Assembly (NCBI GenBank): GCA_963725655.1
Contig: CAVRYY010000002.1
Span: forward strand, 332,261-396,260
Source: an uncultured Acidobacteriota bacterium
GTDB taxonomy: Bacteria; Acidobacteriota; Terriglobia; Acidiferrales; UBA7541
Reading direction: 5' to 3'
DNA: 64,000 nucleotides
Under the pieces are notes generated by a model that was not told the origin of the DNA, made no database searches, and was given only the letters and a program-made list of their open reading frames with translations. The translations under genes and the position numbers were made by a program. Positions 26,980-36,125 of this stretch are shown here, piece by piece (the stretch's first letter is position 1; each line of letters begins with the position of its first letter).

Positions 26980-28164
26980 ATGGCTACAAAAATTGGCGCG
27001 GCGCCACAAACGCCGGCACCTGTATCGCTTTCCAACGAAGAAATTCTTCGCTACAGCCGCCACCTGATCATGCCCGAAGTCGGCATGGAGGGGCAGCTCA
27101 AGCTCAAGGCCGCTAAAGTATTGCTAATCGGTACGGGAGGATTAGGCGCGCCGCTCGGACTCTATCTTGCCGCGGCCGGCGTCGGCCGGCTGGGCTTGGT
27201 CGATTTCGACACGGTCGACGTCACCAATCTCCAGCGCCAAATCATGTTCGGCACTTCCGATGTCGGACGTCCAAAGAGTGTCGCTGCCACCCAGCGCCTG
27301 GCCTCGCTCAATCCAGACATTCACATCGAAACCTACGATACGCACTTGACCACCGAAAACGCTCTCGATCTCCTTCGCGATTACGACGTAATCGTCGACG
27401 GCACCGATAATTTCCCCACCCGCTACCTGGTGAACGACGCATCCGTCCTGCTCGGCAAGCCCAACGTCTACGGTTCCATCTTTCGCTTTGACGGCCAGGT
27501 GAGTGTCTTCGGCGCCCCCGGCGGCCCGTGCTACCGCTGCGTATATCCTGAACCTCCTCCCCCAGGCTTGGTTCCGTCGTGCGCCGAAGGTGGCGTGCTC
27601 GGTGTCCTGCCGGGAATCGTCGGCTGCATCCAAGCGATGGAAGTGATCAAGCTGATCTTGGGTATTGGCGATCCCCTTATCGGCCGGCTGCTGCTCTTTG
27701 ACGCTCTCGGAATGAAGTTCCGCGAACTCAAGCTGCGGAAGAACCCCGATTGCCCGGTCTGCGGCACCCATCCCACCGTCACCAAGCTCATCGACTACGT
27801 CCAATTCTGCGGCATTCGCGGCGAAGAAGCCCCGGCGCAGCAGACTTCGGTTCCCGACATTACTCCGCGTGAGCTGAAGGCTCGCCTCGATCGCGGCGAC
27901 GATCTCTACATTCTCGATGTCCGCGAGCCGCACGAATTCCAGATTTGCAATATCGGCGGCCACCTGATCCCTCTAGGCGACCTGCCAAAGCGCGTAAGCG
28001 AACTCGATTCCTCTAAAGAAATTGTCGCGCATTGCCGCAGCGGTAAGCGCTCAGCCGAAGCCTCGGAATTTCTTCGCAAGGCCGGGTTCCGCAAGATTTT
28101 GAATTTGAAGGGCGGAATTCTGGCATGGGCGGATGAAGTCGATCCGTCCATGCCGAAGTATTGA
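26980..28164 (+). CDS. moeZ: E1-like adenylyltransferase/sulfurtransferase with C-terminal rhodanese domain
   Basis: ThiF Rossmann GTGGLGAP. Zn-site pairs CYRC and CPVC. Rhodanese active-site loop CRSGKRS. Confidence 0.9.
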   Translation: MATKIGAAPQTPAPVSLSNEEILRYSRHLIMPEVGMEGQLKLKAAKVLLIGTGGLGAPLGLYLAAAGVGRLGLVDFDTVDVTNLQRQIMFGTSDVGRPKSVAATQRLASLNPDIHIETYDTHLTTENALDLLRDYDVIVDGTDNFPTRYLVNDASVLLGKPNVYGSIFRFDGQVSVFGAPGGPCYRCVYPEPPPPGLVPSCAEGGVLGVLPGIVGCIQAMEVIKLILGIGDPLIGRLLLFDALGMKFRELKLRKNPDCPVCGTHPTVTKLIDYVQFCGIRGEEAPAQQTSVPDITPRELKARLDRGDDLYILDVREPHEFQICNIGGHLIPLGDLPKRVSELDSSKEIVAHCRSGKRSAEASEFLRKAGFRKILNLKGGILAWADEVDPSMPKY

Positions 28165-28223
28165 CGCCGCCCGCTGTAGCCGGGCGAAAGCCGTAAATCA
28201 GAATTTCAAGGTGAGGATTCCGA

Positions 28224-28454
28224 ATGGCAACGAAGATAACCGTAGGCACCAATGGACCGCTCCGTATCGAAGGCGATTTCGAGATTTGCGATCAACAGGG
28301 AAACACATTCGGCTTGGCAGGCCGCACTGCCCTGGGCCTTTGCCGCTGCGGCCATTCCGAAAACAAGCCGTTCTGCGACGGCAAACACCGCGAATTCAAC
28401 TTCCAGAGCGAAACCCCGGCCCGTGATTTGCCGCCTCCCAAGCCTAAGATCTAG
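28224..28454 (+). CDS. CDGSH iron-sulfur domain protein
   Basis: 76 aa with CRCGHSENKPFCDGKH (zf-CDGSH 2Fe-2S signature). Confidence 0.8.
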   Translation: MATKITVGTNGPLRIEGDFEICDQQGNTFGLAGRTALGLCRCGHSENKPFCDGKHREFNFQSETPARDLPPPKPKI

Positions 28455-28676
28455 CACGATTGCCCTTTTTGAGCCGACCGCCGGCGCTGCCCACCGGCTA
28501 CCCAGTCGGTAACTTTTCCACCCGTCAAAGTGTACCGCAGCGAGGCTGTAGTACTGTTCCAATATGGGAAAACCAGCAACCCCAATCATTCCAAGATCTT
28601 AGTAACCTGTCGTTCTGGCCCACTTTGGGCCAGTAGGTTGCTGTTACCCTTGGGGACTTAGGCATCCCATGGGGGA

Positions 28677-29981
28677 GTGGTGCGCGTACGAGTTCGTACC
28701 GAGGGCTTCTTTCAGACGCTGCGGCTTTGGATCGCGGGAGCGATCATTTTCGCGGCGTTCGTGGCGCTCGTCTATGCGCTGCGCAAGTCGCCCTACATCG
28801 CTGACCCATACCTCGACAACTACCTGCAGATGGCGGGGGGCTTGCTGGGCTTTACCTTCGCGGCCAACGCCCTGGTTCGCTTCAAGGGAAATCACGACCG
28901 TCTCTCCCTGATTCTCGCATTTGGATTTCTCTTATCCGGACTCATCGAAGCTGGCGCCAGCGTCTCGGTCTACCGTGATATCGGGCTGTCGATCTCTCCG
29001 CTACAGTATGTCTCGGTCGCCTGGATGTCTGGCCGAACGCTGCTCGCCGTGCTGCTGATTGCCGGGCTGTTTGTTGAACGCCGGACGCCCAGCTCGCGCG
29101 AATCCACGAAGGAAATCGGAGTCGCCACACTGATTGTTGGCGCCGCTGCATATCTCACCAGCGCATTTTATTTCGCCTTGCCGGTCACCCTGGGAATCTA
29201 CCGTCACGCTTTCATTCCGAGGGCTTGGGATCTGCTTCCGGCTGCGCTTTACATCGCCGCCACCGTCGGTTACCAGCGCCGGCTCCGCAATACCTCTACC
29301 TCTCTCGACAAAGCGTTGGTGGTCGCCGCAGGAATGAACGTGGCCTGTCACTTGGCGATGTGCCAGTCCGAACGCTTGCTCGATGCCCCTTTCATTTTCG
29401 CGAACGTTCTGATGGTTTCCAGCTACGCCGTCGTTTTGGGCGGCACTTTGCTTGATAACGCCAAGCTATTCGACCAGGTGAGCCACCTGGCCATCAGTGA
29501 TCCACTCACCGGGCTCGCCAATCACCGCCGCTTGATCGAGGTGATTGAAAATGAACTCCAGCGTTCCCGGCGTACCGGACGCGAGTTCGCACTCCTGCTG
29601 CTCGATCTCGATGGACTGAAGGCGATCAACGATAAGCACGGCCACTTAGTGGGCAGCCGTGCCATCAAGCGCCTGGGTGAAGTTTTGCACAGTCAGTGCC
29701 GTTCGATGGACACCGCGGCTCGCTACGGTGGCGACGAGTTCGCCGTGCTGCTGACCGAGGCCACCGAAGATCCCGCGCTGAAAGTAGCGGCCCGAATTTG
29801 CGAACGCCTGGCCAACGACGGTCAGGAGCCGCGGGTCACCGTCAGCGTGGGCGTCTCCGTTTATCCGCGCGATGGCGAGACCGTCGAAAAGCTGCTGGGG
29901 GCAGCCGACCGGGCGCTCTATGGTATGAAACGACACGAGACTCCCAAATTCCGCATCGAGAATGTGGCCGCATGCCTGTAA
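28677..29981 (+). CDS. membrane-anchored diguanylate cyclase (GGDEF)
   Basis: N-terminal multi-TM sensor region. C-terminal DPLTGLANHRR ... LLLDLDGLKAINDKHGH ... RYGGDEFAVLL. Confidence 0.85.
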   Translation: MVRVRVRTEGFFQTLRLWIAGAIIFAAFVALVYALRKSPYIADPYLDNYLQMAGGLLGFTFAANALVRFKGNHDRLSLILAFGFLLSGLIEAGASVSVYRDIGLSISPLQYVSVAWMSGRTLLAVLLIAGLFVERRTPSSRESTKEIGVATLIVGAAAYLTSAFYFALPVTLGIYRHAFIPRAWDLLPAALYIAATVGYQRRLRNTSTSLDKALVVAAGMNVACHLAMCQSERLLDAPFIFANVLMVSSYAVVLGGTLLDNAKLFDQVSHLAISDPLTGLANHRRLIEVIENELQRSRRTGREFALLLLDLDGLKAINDKHGHLVGSRAIKRLGEVLHSQCRSMDTAARYGGDEFAVLLTEATEDPALKVAARICERLANDGQEPRVTVSVGVSVYPRDGETVEKLLGAADRALYGMKRHETPKFRIENVAACL

Positions 29982-30001
29982 GCTTCGCGAAAGGAGTTGC
30001 C

Positions 30002-30340
30002 ATGTTCTTTCGCAAGAAGGCCCCTGCGGCCGAGGTTCACGAACATCCACGGCGCGAAAAGCGCGTGCCCATGGAAGTGGGAGTTCACATCGCCGGGCAC
30101 GTCGAGCAGCCCGGAGTGGAAACCACATTCACCGAAAATGTTAGCGAACGCGGCGTGCGGGTAATGAGTGCGCGGCGCTGGAAGATTGGCGATCAGATCA
30201 CCGTCGCCACGCTCACCGGTTCTTTCCGTTCGGTCGCGCGTGTGGCCTATTGCGAGTTGGTCCGCGGCGCCGGCTTTGTAGTGGGAATTGAGTTCTTAGA
30301 GTCACAGGGACACTGGATACTGGGCCACTCGGCGTACTAG
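30002..30340 (+). CDS. PilZ-domain protein
   Basis: SD aaaggag precedes ATG 30002. RREKR (RxxxR) and NVSERG (D/NxSxxG) c-di-GMP binding motifs. 21 nt downstream of the GGDEF gene. Confidence 0.8.
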   Translation: MFFRKKAPAAEVHEHPRREKRVPMEVGVHIAGHVEQPGVETTFTENVSERGVRVMSARRWKIGDQITVATLTGSFRSVARVAYCELVRGAGFVVGIEFLESQGHWILGHSAY

Positions 30341-30413
30341 TTGGGCCGCCGCCACGCTTCTGGCCGCGTGCCCCGTCACCCGAGGCTGCACCACCCGCAG
30401 CCACCGCAACTCA

Positions 30414-30746
30414 CTACTGAATGAATCCCACAGTCGGCTCCGGCGTGGGGCCCGAACCTTCAGGAATCGTTCCGAACTGAGCTTCGTATCGCGCGATATT
30501 TTCCTGCAGTGCTCGCGACAGCCGCTTGGCGTGTCCCGGGCTCAGGATCATGCTCCCCACAAGTTTCCCCTGCGCGACCGTCGGAAAAACGTAGATAAAA
30601 TTCAGCGTAAATTCCTCGCCATTGTGATGGATCACCGCGAGATTGGCGTACTGCCCCAATAGTTCCTTTTCATCCGCTTTAATCTGCACTTGCTGGTTTT
30701 GCTGGTTCGGTTGGTTTGCTTGTTGCGGTTTAGCTGGTTCGCTCAT
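30414..30746 (-). CDS. DUF3467-family protein
   Basis: SD gggagg precedes ATG 30746. YANLAVIHHNGEEFTLNFIYVFP ... LSPGHAKRLSRALQENIARYEAQFG. Confidence 0.65.
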   Translation of the reverse strand: MSEPAKPQQANQPNQQNQQVQIKADEKELLGQYANLAVIHHNGEEFTLNFIYVFPTVAQGKLVGSMILSPGHAKRLSRALQENIARYEAQFGTIPEGSGPTPEPTVGFIQ

Positions 30747-30848
30747 GGAGCCTCCCGGTTGATTCCCATAATTACTATAACAAACTGCCCGCGCACAAAC
30801 CATATTGACGCTTTTCGAAGTTAAGTGTAGTTTATATCTGTAGTTCAT

Positions 30849-30862
30849 CATAGTTAACTATG
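30849..30862. promoter_or_regulatory. 14-bp perfect palindrome overlapping the mntH start codon
   Basis: catagttaactatg (30849-30862) in an AT-rich intergenic region. A candidate metalloregulator site. Confidence 0.3.
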
Positions 30863-32161
30863 CCTGCGCCATCCACTTCCGAGTTAGCCGGTTCTGTTTC
30901 TGTGCCTTCTGCTGGCTCCGACGCTGCGCTATGTTCCCCCGTCGCGGCCCGGCGCTTGCCGCGCGAGGCATGGTTTTATCTGGGGCCCGCGTTCGTCGCT
31001 TCCGTGGCCTACATGGACCCCGGAAATTTCGCAACCAACCTCGAGGGCGGCGCGCGTTTCGGCTACCAATTGCTTTGGGTGCTGCTGTGGTCCAACGCCA
31101 TGGCCATTTTGGTGCAGTATCTGGCGGCCAAGCTGGGAATTGCCACCGGCAAAACTCTCCCTGAGAATTGCCGTGAAGAATTCTCCCGCCCCACCACTCT
31201 GCTGTTGTGGGTCGCCGCGGAAATTGGCGCCCTAGCCACCGATCTGGCCGAGTTTTTGGGAGCGGCTCTCGGCTTTTATTTGCTCTTCGGCATCCCTATG
31301 TTTCCCGCGGCGATTCTCACCGGCGTGGTGGTGATGGGCATCCTGCTGATCGAGCACCTCGGCTTTCAGTGGCTCGAACGAGTGATCATGGTGTTCGTCG
31401 CGCTCATCGGCATCGCTTATGCTCTCGAGATGTTCGTCAGCAAACCGGCCTGGCGTCCCATCGCGTTTCACACTCTCGTTCCCGAAATTCACTCCTCTTC
31501 GATCTACCTGGCGGTTTCCATGCTTGGCGCCACGGTGATGCCGCACGTCATTTATCTGCACTCCGCGTTGGTCCTTCCGCGCCGCATCCCCGAAGACCGC
31601 GACAGCCATCACCACCGCAAGATGGAGTTGATTGACGTTCTGCTGGCCATGAACGGCGCTTGGCTGATCAATTCGGCCATGGTCGTCATGGCTGCCGCCG
31701 TTTTTTTCGGGCGCGGCATGCAGGTCTATTCGATTCAGGCCGCTCACGCGTCGCTTGGGCCGCTCCTCGGTAAGCTCGCCGGCACCGCCTTTGGCATCGC
31801 GCTGCTGTGCTCGGGACTTTCTTCCGCGAGCGTCGGCACTATGGCCGGTCAGGTAATTATTCAGGGTTTTTTGCGAGTGCGCATGAGCATTTTTCTGCGC
31901 CGCCTGCTCACCATGATTCCCGCTATCGCCGTCATCGCCTACGGCTTCGATGCGCTCAAGACTCTGGTCCTCAGCCAGGCCGTGCTCAGCTTCTGCCTGC
32001 CCTTCGCGCTGGTGCCGCTGCTGATTCTCACTCGCCGCAAAGGCCTGATGGGCGCGCATGCGAATCGTCCAATTACCAATTGGCTGGCTTACCTGACCAC
32101 TGCGGTCATCCTGGCCATGAATGCCTGGCTGCTAGTCGCCATCTTCCGCGGGGTTTCCTGA
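30860..32161 (+). CDS. mntH: Nramp-family divalent metal (Mn2+/Fe2+) transporter
   Basis: YMDPGNFATNLEGGARFGYQLLWVLLWSN ... MPHVIYLHS conserved Nramp motifs; 11-12 TM. Confidence 0.9.
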   Translation: MPAPSTSELAGSVSVPSAGSDAALCSPVAARRLPREAWFYLGPAFVASVAYMDPGNFATNLEGGARFGYQLLWVLLWSNAMAILVQYLAAKLGIATGKTLPENCREEFSRPTTLLLWVAAEIGALATDLAEFLGAALGFYLLFGIPMFPAAILTGVVVMGILLIEHLGFQWLERVIMVFVALIGIAYALEMFVSKPAWRPIAFHTLVPEIHSSSIYLAVSMLGATVMPHVIYLHSALVLPRRIPEDRDSHHHRKMELIDVLLAMNGAWLINSAMVVMAAAVFFGRGMQVYSIQAAHASLGPLLGKLAGTAFGIALLCSGLSSASVGTMAGQVIIQGFLRVRMSIFLRRLLTMIPAIAVIAYGFDALKTLVLSQAVLSFCLPFALVPLLILTRRKGLMGAHANRPITNWLAYLTTAVILAMNAWLLVAIFRGVS

Positions 32162-32171
32162 TTTCCCGCGC

Positions 32172-32645
32172 ATGACTCCAGTGCCTGCGAGTCCGGTGCC
32201 CGCGCGCGCCCCGCACAACAGTAATTCAGCGGTCAAATTTATTTTTTTCTTCATCATCGCCCTCGCGCTCGGCGCCACGATCCTCTTGTTGCGGCAGGAC
32301 CAGGGCGATTGGACGCCTCCGCCCGAAGCTCGCCTGCAGAAAAATCCGGTTCAGGTGAACGAAAGCACTGTGGCGGGAGGGGAAGCGCTATACAAAGCGC
32401 GATGCGCAAATTGCCACGGCGAGAGCGGAAACGGAAATGGCGAGGAGGCTGCCAGATATCGGCCGGTGCCCGCCGACCTCACCAATCCCCGCGTCGGCAA
32501 TCAGACCGAAGGAGAACTCTTCTGGAAAATTACCAATGGGCGCCGGCCAATGCCGTCATTTCGCAACAAACTCAGCGATGAAGAGCGCTGGGAGGTGGTG
32601 ATCTACCTCCGAACGCTCCCTCAAAGTCCCAGCCAGCCTCGCTGA
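32172..32645 (+). CDS. membrane-anchored c-type cytochrome
   Basis: N-terminal TM helix. Heme site CANCHGESG and a distal Met in GRRPMPSF. Confidence 0.8.
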   Translation: MTPVPASPVPARAPHNSNSAVKFIFFFIIALALGATILLLRQDQGDWTPPPEARLQKNPVQVNESTVAGGEALYKARCANCHGESGNGNGEEAARYRPVPADLTNPRVGNQTEGELFWKITNGRRPMPSFRNKLSDEERWEVVIYLRTLPQSPSQPR

Positions 32646-32664
32646 ATCGCTCCGAATATTTCGC

Positions 32665-33126
32665 TTACTTCACTTTCGACAGCGCTTCCGAGACTTCCTT
32701 GATGTCCGGAACCTGCGGAATATCGTACTGCTTCACCCAAGCCACATTCCCGTTGCGGTCGACGATGGTGATCGAACGCCCGGTGATGCCTTTATCCGGC
32801 AGGTAGGCGCCAAACTTGTCGGCCACCGCTCCGCGCGGCTGGAAATCCGCCAGCAGCGGATATTGAATCCCCATTTTTTCCGCGAATGCCTTATGCGACC
32901 AGGTGCTATCGACCGAAAGCCCCAGGACTTGCGCGTCCAGCTGCTCGAACTGCTTAAACGTATCCACCAGCGAGGCATGCTCGTTGGTGCATACCGGGCT
33001 CCAATCCAACGGATAAAACACCATCACCACATTTTTCTTGCCCTTGAAATCGCTAAGCTTCACTTCTTTTTGATTTTGGTCCTTCAACGTAAAATCCGGC
33101 GCCGGTGATCCTACCGCGATTGCCAT
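32665..33126 (-). CDS. peroxiredoxin (AhpC/TSA family)
   Basis: SD ggagga precedes ATG 33126. FYPLDWSPVCTNE peroxidatic Cys context. Confidence 0.85.
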   Translation of the reverse strand: MAIAVGSPAPDFTLKDQNQKEVKLSDFKGKKNVVMVFYPLDWSPVCTNEHASLVDTFKQFEQLDAQVLGLSVDSTWSHKAFAEKMGIQYPLLADFQPRGAVADKFGAYLPDKGITGRSITIVDRNGNVAWVKQYDIPQVPDIKEVSEALSKVK

Positions 33127-33304
33127 AGTGCTTCCTCCCAAATTAGTTTTCGAAAATCAGTCTCAAAAAATGACCAACGCAAAAAATCGCGCATCTGAGT
33201 CCCCACAATCATACCCCACTTCGCCAGCTCTTTCTTCCGTCGCCACCAACCCAGACCTCAGCGTCTTCTCCCTCTCCGGCCGCGACTTCTGCTAACATCA
33301 CCGC

Positions 33305-33925
33305 GTGGCGCGCATACAAGTCGAGACCTCCTACCCAGGCATCCACTTTCTCGCGCGGAGCCGCAACTGGTATTGGCGCTTGCGAGGTTTCCCGCCCGAA
33401 TGTGAGCATCTCGAAGGTGATCCGAAGTGGATGGCCGCGCTCCAGCCTGACGTACTGTATCTTCGCGGCAAAGCATCCAAGCGCCGCGATCCCGCTCGAC
33501 CGGAAGCCTCGCTATGCCGGGATTGCCTGTTGCACATCCTGGTCAACGAAATCGCCACCCACGAAGGCAAGGTAGTCGCGTTCGAGCCGGATCCGCTGAG
33601 CTTTAGTCAATATTTCTACGTCGGCGCTGAAGACAACGACGCAGCGGGCGTTACTCCCGAATTGGCGGCGGTCATCGAGCAGCGCCTCAAAAAGCTTCCC
33701 GCCAGGTGCGCTCGCTGCACCGCATCCGCCGCGTGGCTGTGGTTTACTCGCGACGAAATTGTCTCCCTTGAGGAGACCGAGAAAATCCAGGCCGCCGCAG
33801 GCGAGGCCCTTTGCCCCAATCACGCCGCGCAGCAAATGCGCGCTATGTTCGAGCGGATTCCTGAGGCCAACATTTTCTATATCAATCTGCCCTATGGCGA
33901 TGCCGGAGCGTTTCTATGGTTCTAA
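33305..33925 (+). CDS. hypothetical protein with CxxC pairs (start uncertain)
   Basis: Genome-typical GC3 bias. CRDC ... CARC ... CPNH suggests a Zn-binding module. No family recognised. Alternative start ATG 33431. Confidence 0.5.
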   Translation: MARIQVETSYPGIHFLARSRNWYWRLRGFPPECEHLEGDPKWMAALQPDVLYLRGKASKRRDPARPEASLCRDCLLHILVNEIATHEGKVVAFEPDPLSFSQYFYVGAEDNDAAGVTPELAAVIEQRLKKLPARCARCTASAAWLWFTRDEIVSLEETEKIQAAAGEALCPNHAAQQMRAMFERIPEANIFYINLPYGDAGAFLWF

Positions 33926-33964
33926 TCGCCGCGCGGCCGCACCGAAAGGCCCGCCGGAGGAGCC

Positions 33965-34315
33965 GTGGCTAAACCGCAGCGCCAGAAGAAAAAGCCGGAT
34001 GCTCTGCTACCATCACCATCAGCGGAACCGTCAGCAGAACCAATCGTTCTCACCGCCAGGTGGGGAGGGATCATGACGCTGCAGGATGCGGTCGAAAGAT
34101 ACCTCGCGCAGGCCGGCGAATACGGAAAAGTAGTCCCACTCTCGGTATTTGGCCTGCCCAAAAAGGAAACCGAAACCGTTCTCGCGGTATTCGACGAGGA
34201 CTACCACATCAGCCGCTACTTCCACCTACGCAACGATTCCGGCGACCGCTACGACGTCAACGGCTTCCCGCAAACCCACGTCTCCATCGACGCCGAAATC
34301 GCCACGATTCTTTGA
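33965..34315 (+). CDS. hypothetical protein
   Basis: 116-aa ORF downstream of the previous hypothetical gene, with a Pro/Lys-rich N-terminus. Possible start at MTLQDAVERYL. Confidence 0.45.
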   Translation: MAKPQRQKKKPDALLPSPSAEPSAEPIVLTARWGGIMTLQDAVERYLAQAGEYGKVVPLSVFGLPKKETETVLAVFDEDYHISRYFHLRNDSGDRYDVNGFPQTHVSIDAEIATIL

Positions 34316-34322
34316 GAACCCG

Positions 34323-36053
34323 TTACCTCACCCCGTTCGGGAAGGAGAAAACCGGATCGATGTCTACAGGAATCGAGTCGGTTCTTTTCAACGCCACTCT
34401 CATCTCCGCGGGCATCGCGCCGTAACGATCGAACCACTCCTCCGCGCCTTGCCGGTCGCCCGTCGCCTCGATTTCCAAAAGCTTTTTCGCCAGCTCCGCG
34501 ATCGCAGCAGGCATCTTCGCGAATTGCACCGCATACCGCTGCGATCCTGGATCGAAAGCAATCGCCCCGCGTTCCGACAGGAAATTGAACTCCATCATCT
34601 CACCGCGGCTGTGCGCCTCCCCCACCCCGAACCGAACCGAGCGCAGGTTCCCCGCGACGTATGACGCATAATACCCGTTCAAGTTTTCCTTGGGCAGCGC
34701 GCGGTGATCCACCAGCCATTTCAAGCACAACATGCCTACCACATCCGCTTTCGATTCTTCCAGCGCGCTGTACGCCGGCCCGATCGCTTCGCGAATGTCT
34801 TTGCGTCCCGTCGAGGTGCGCGCGTATGCCGGCCCCAAGCCGTGCGAAATTTCATGCATCAGCGTGGACGCCAGGTACCCGTCGCCGCTCACCAACGCCG
34901 CCTGCTCGGGCATCATCATCATCTGCGCCACCGGTAGAATCACGAACTCCACCCGCGCATCCATGAAATTCTTGAAAAATATCTTCTTCGACCCTTTCTG
35001 TTCATGCACCCGCGGATCGTTCGGCAAATTGTCGGCTACCGCCTGGTAGCCATGCCCCAAGTCGCCCGTTCGAAACGGCGCGTCCATCACCTCCATCGGC
35101 GATTGTTTCCCGCGCTTGGACGGCAAATCTTCCGCAGCTAGCGGCAACGACTCCTGCAGCTCCGGCACGAACTTCTGAAAGGTTTCGAGTTTCTGGCTCT
35201 GTTCCTCGTTGCGGATAAGAATCGAAGCTCCATAAGTTGTCTTCACTCCCAGCAAACCGTCCGTATACGATTCATAGGGGGCCAGGATCAGGTCGAATTT
35301 CGGATTCTTCAGTTCCAGCCAGGCAATGTCGCTGGGGTAGTAGTCGTCGGTCAGCAACGCTTTCGAGCGCAGCCGCAGAAACGTCGAGAACGCGGGATCG
35401 TCGCTGTAAACCGCGGCGTCCACCAAATCCTGCGCCATCGGCTCCAGAAATTCCTTGTACGCGACGTGGTACGGAATGGCTTCCAGATCGCCATCCTTGG
35501 TTTCTCGAATCACCGTCAGCGAGTTGTAGATGTCCGCGCGGCGCTCCGGGTGCTTCGCCACAAAGTCTTCAATCCGCTTCCGCGTCATATCCGCGGGATA
35601 GAATCCCCGGCCCGGTGGCGCTGCCTGGGTCCCTACGAATGGTCGGTTTTCGTCGATCAAATCGAACCGGCTGCCATTGATCCACAGATAGCGGCGTAAA
35701 GTGACGTCCGCCGCACTCTTGCTGTTTTCCAGCGAGAGATAGAGCTTCAAGTCTGCGACATCCGATTGCCGCCAATAGATGTCGTCGACCAACTGTGCCG
35801 CATCCACCAGTTTCAGTATCATTTGCCGTTCGCGCGCGGAATATGCGCTGTCATCAAACGGCATCTTCACGTTCTTAAATTTGGCGAGCCGTTCCGCTGT
35901 GTCGGGCGCCACCACACGCTTTTCCGCCGGCGGCGATGTACTTTCCACACGGGAGGCAGCTGGAGATTGCGCCTGGGAGAAAAGCAGTGGCAACAGGGCG
36001 ACCGGCAAAATCGCGAGTACGGTAAACACAGTTCTCAATATTCTGGTTTTCAT
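34323..36053 (-). CDS. secreted Zn-metallohydrolase, dipeptidyl-peptidase III (M49)-like
   Basis: Signal peptide MKTRILRTVFTVLAILPVALLPLLFSQA. HEISHGLG (HExxH) and EESKAD second metal motif resemble M49. Confidence 0.6.
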   Translation of the reverse strand: MKTRILRTVFTVLAILPVALLPLLFSQAQSPAASRVESTSPPAEKRVVAPDTAERLAKFKNVKMPFDDSAYSARERQMILKLVDAAQLVDDIYWRQSDVADLKLYLSLENSKSAADVTLRRYLWINGSRFDLIDENRPFVGTQAAPPGRGFYPADMTRKRIEDFVAKHPERRADIYNSLTVIRETKDGDLEAIPYHVAYKEFLEPMAQDLVDAAVYSDDPAFSTFLRLRSKALLTDDYYPSDIAWLELKNPKFDLILAPYESYTDGLLGVKTTYGASILIRNEEQSQKLETFQKFVPELQESLPLAAEDLPSKRGKQSPMEVMDAPFRTGDLGHGYQAVADNLPNDPRVHEQKGSKKIFFKNFMDARVEFVILPVAQMMMMPEQAALVSGDGYLASTLMHEISHGLGPAYARTSTGRKDIREAIGPAYSALEESKADVVGMLCLKWLVDHRALPKENLNGYYASYVAGNLRSVRFGVGEAHSRGEMMEFNFLSERGAIAFDPGSQRYAVQFAKMPAAIAELAKKLLEIEATGDRQGAEEWFDRYGAMPAEMRVALKRTDSIPVDIDPVFSFPNGVR

Positions 36054-36125
36054 CGGCTAAATTCTAACAGATAGGTCGGCTGTGGCTGTAGTTCCGAACG
36101 CCTTTTTATCGAAGGAACATTGTCC

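Noticed and set aside
25273-28164. Ubiquitin-like / E1 / JAMM trio as a possible Bil-type antiphage ubiquitination system
   Set aside because: There is no E2-like gene. The carrier closely follows the CysO pattern, the E1 has a rhodanese domain, and a CysM-type cysteine synthase heads the operon. This is the known sulfur-carrier cysteine pathway.
29696-30001. Upstream extension of the PilZ ORF into the GGDEF gene
   Set aside because: It overlaps the GGDEF catalytic domain in another frame. ATG 30002 has a good SD and gives a standard-length PilZ domain.
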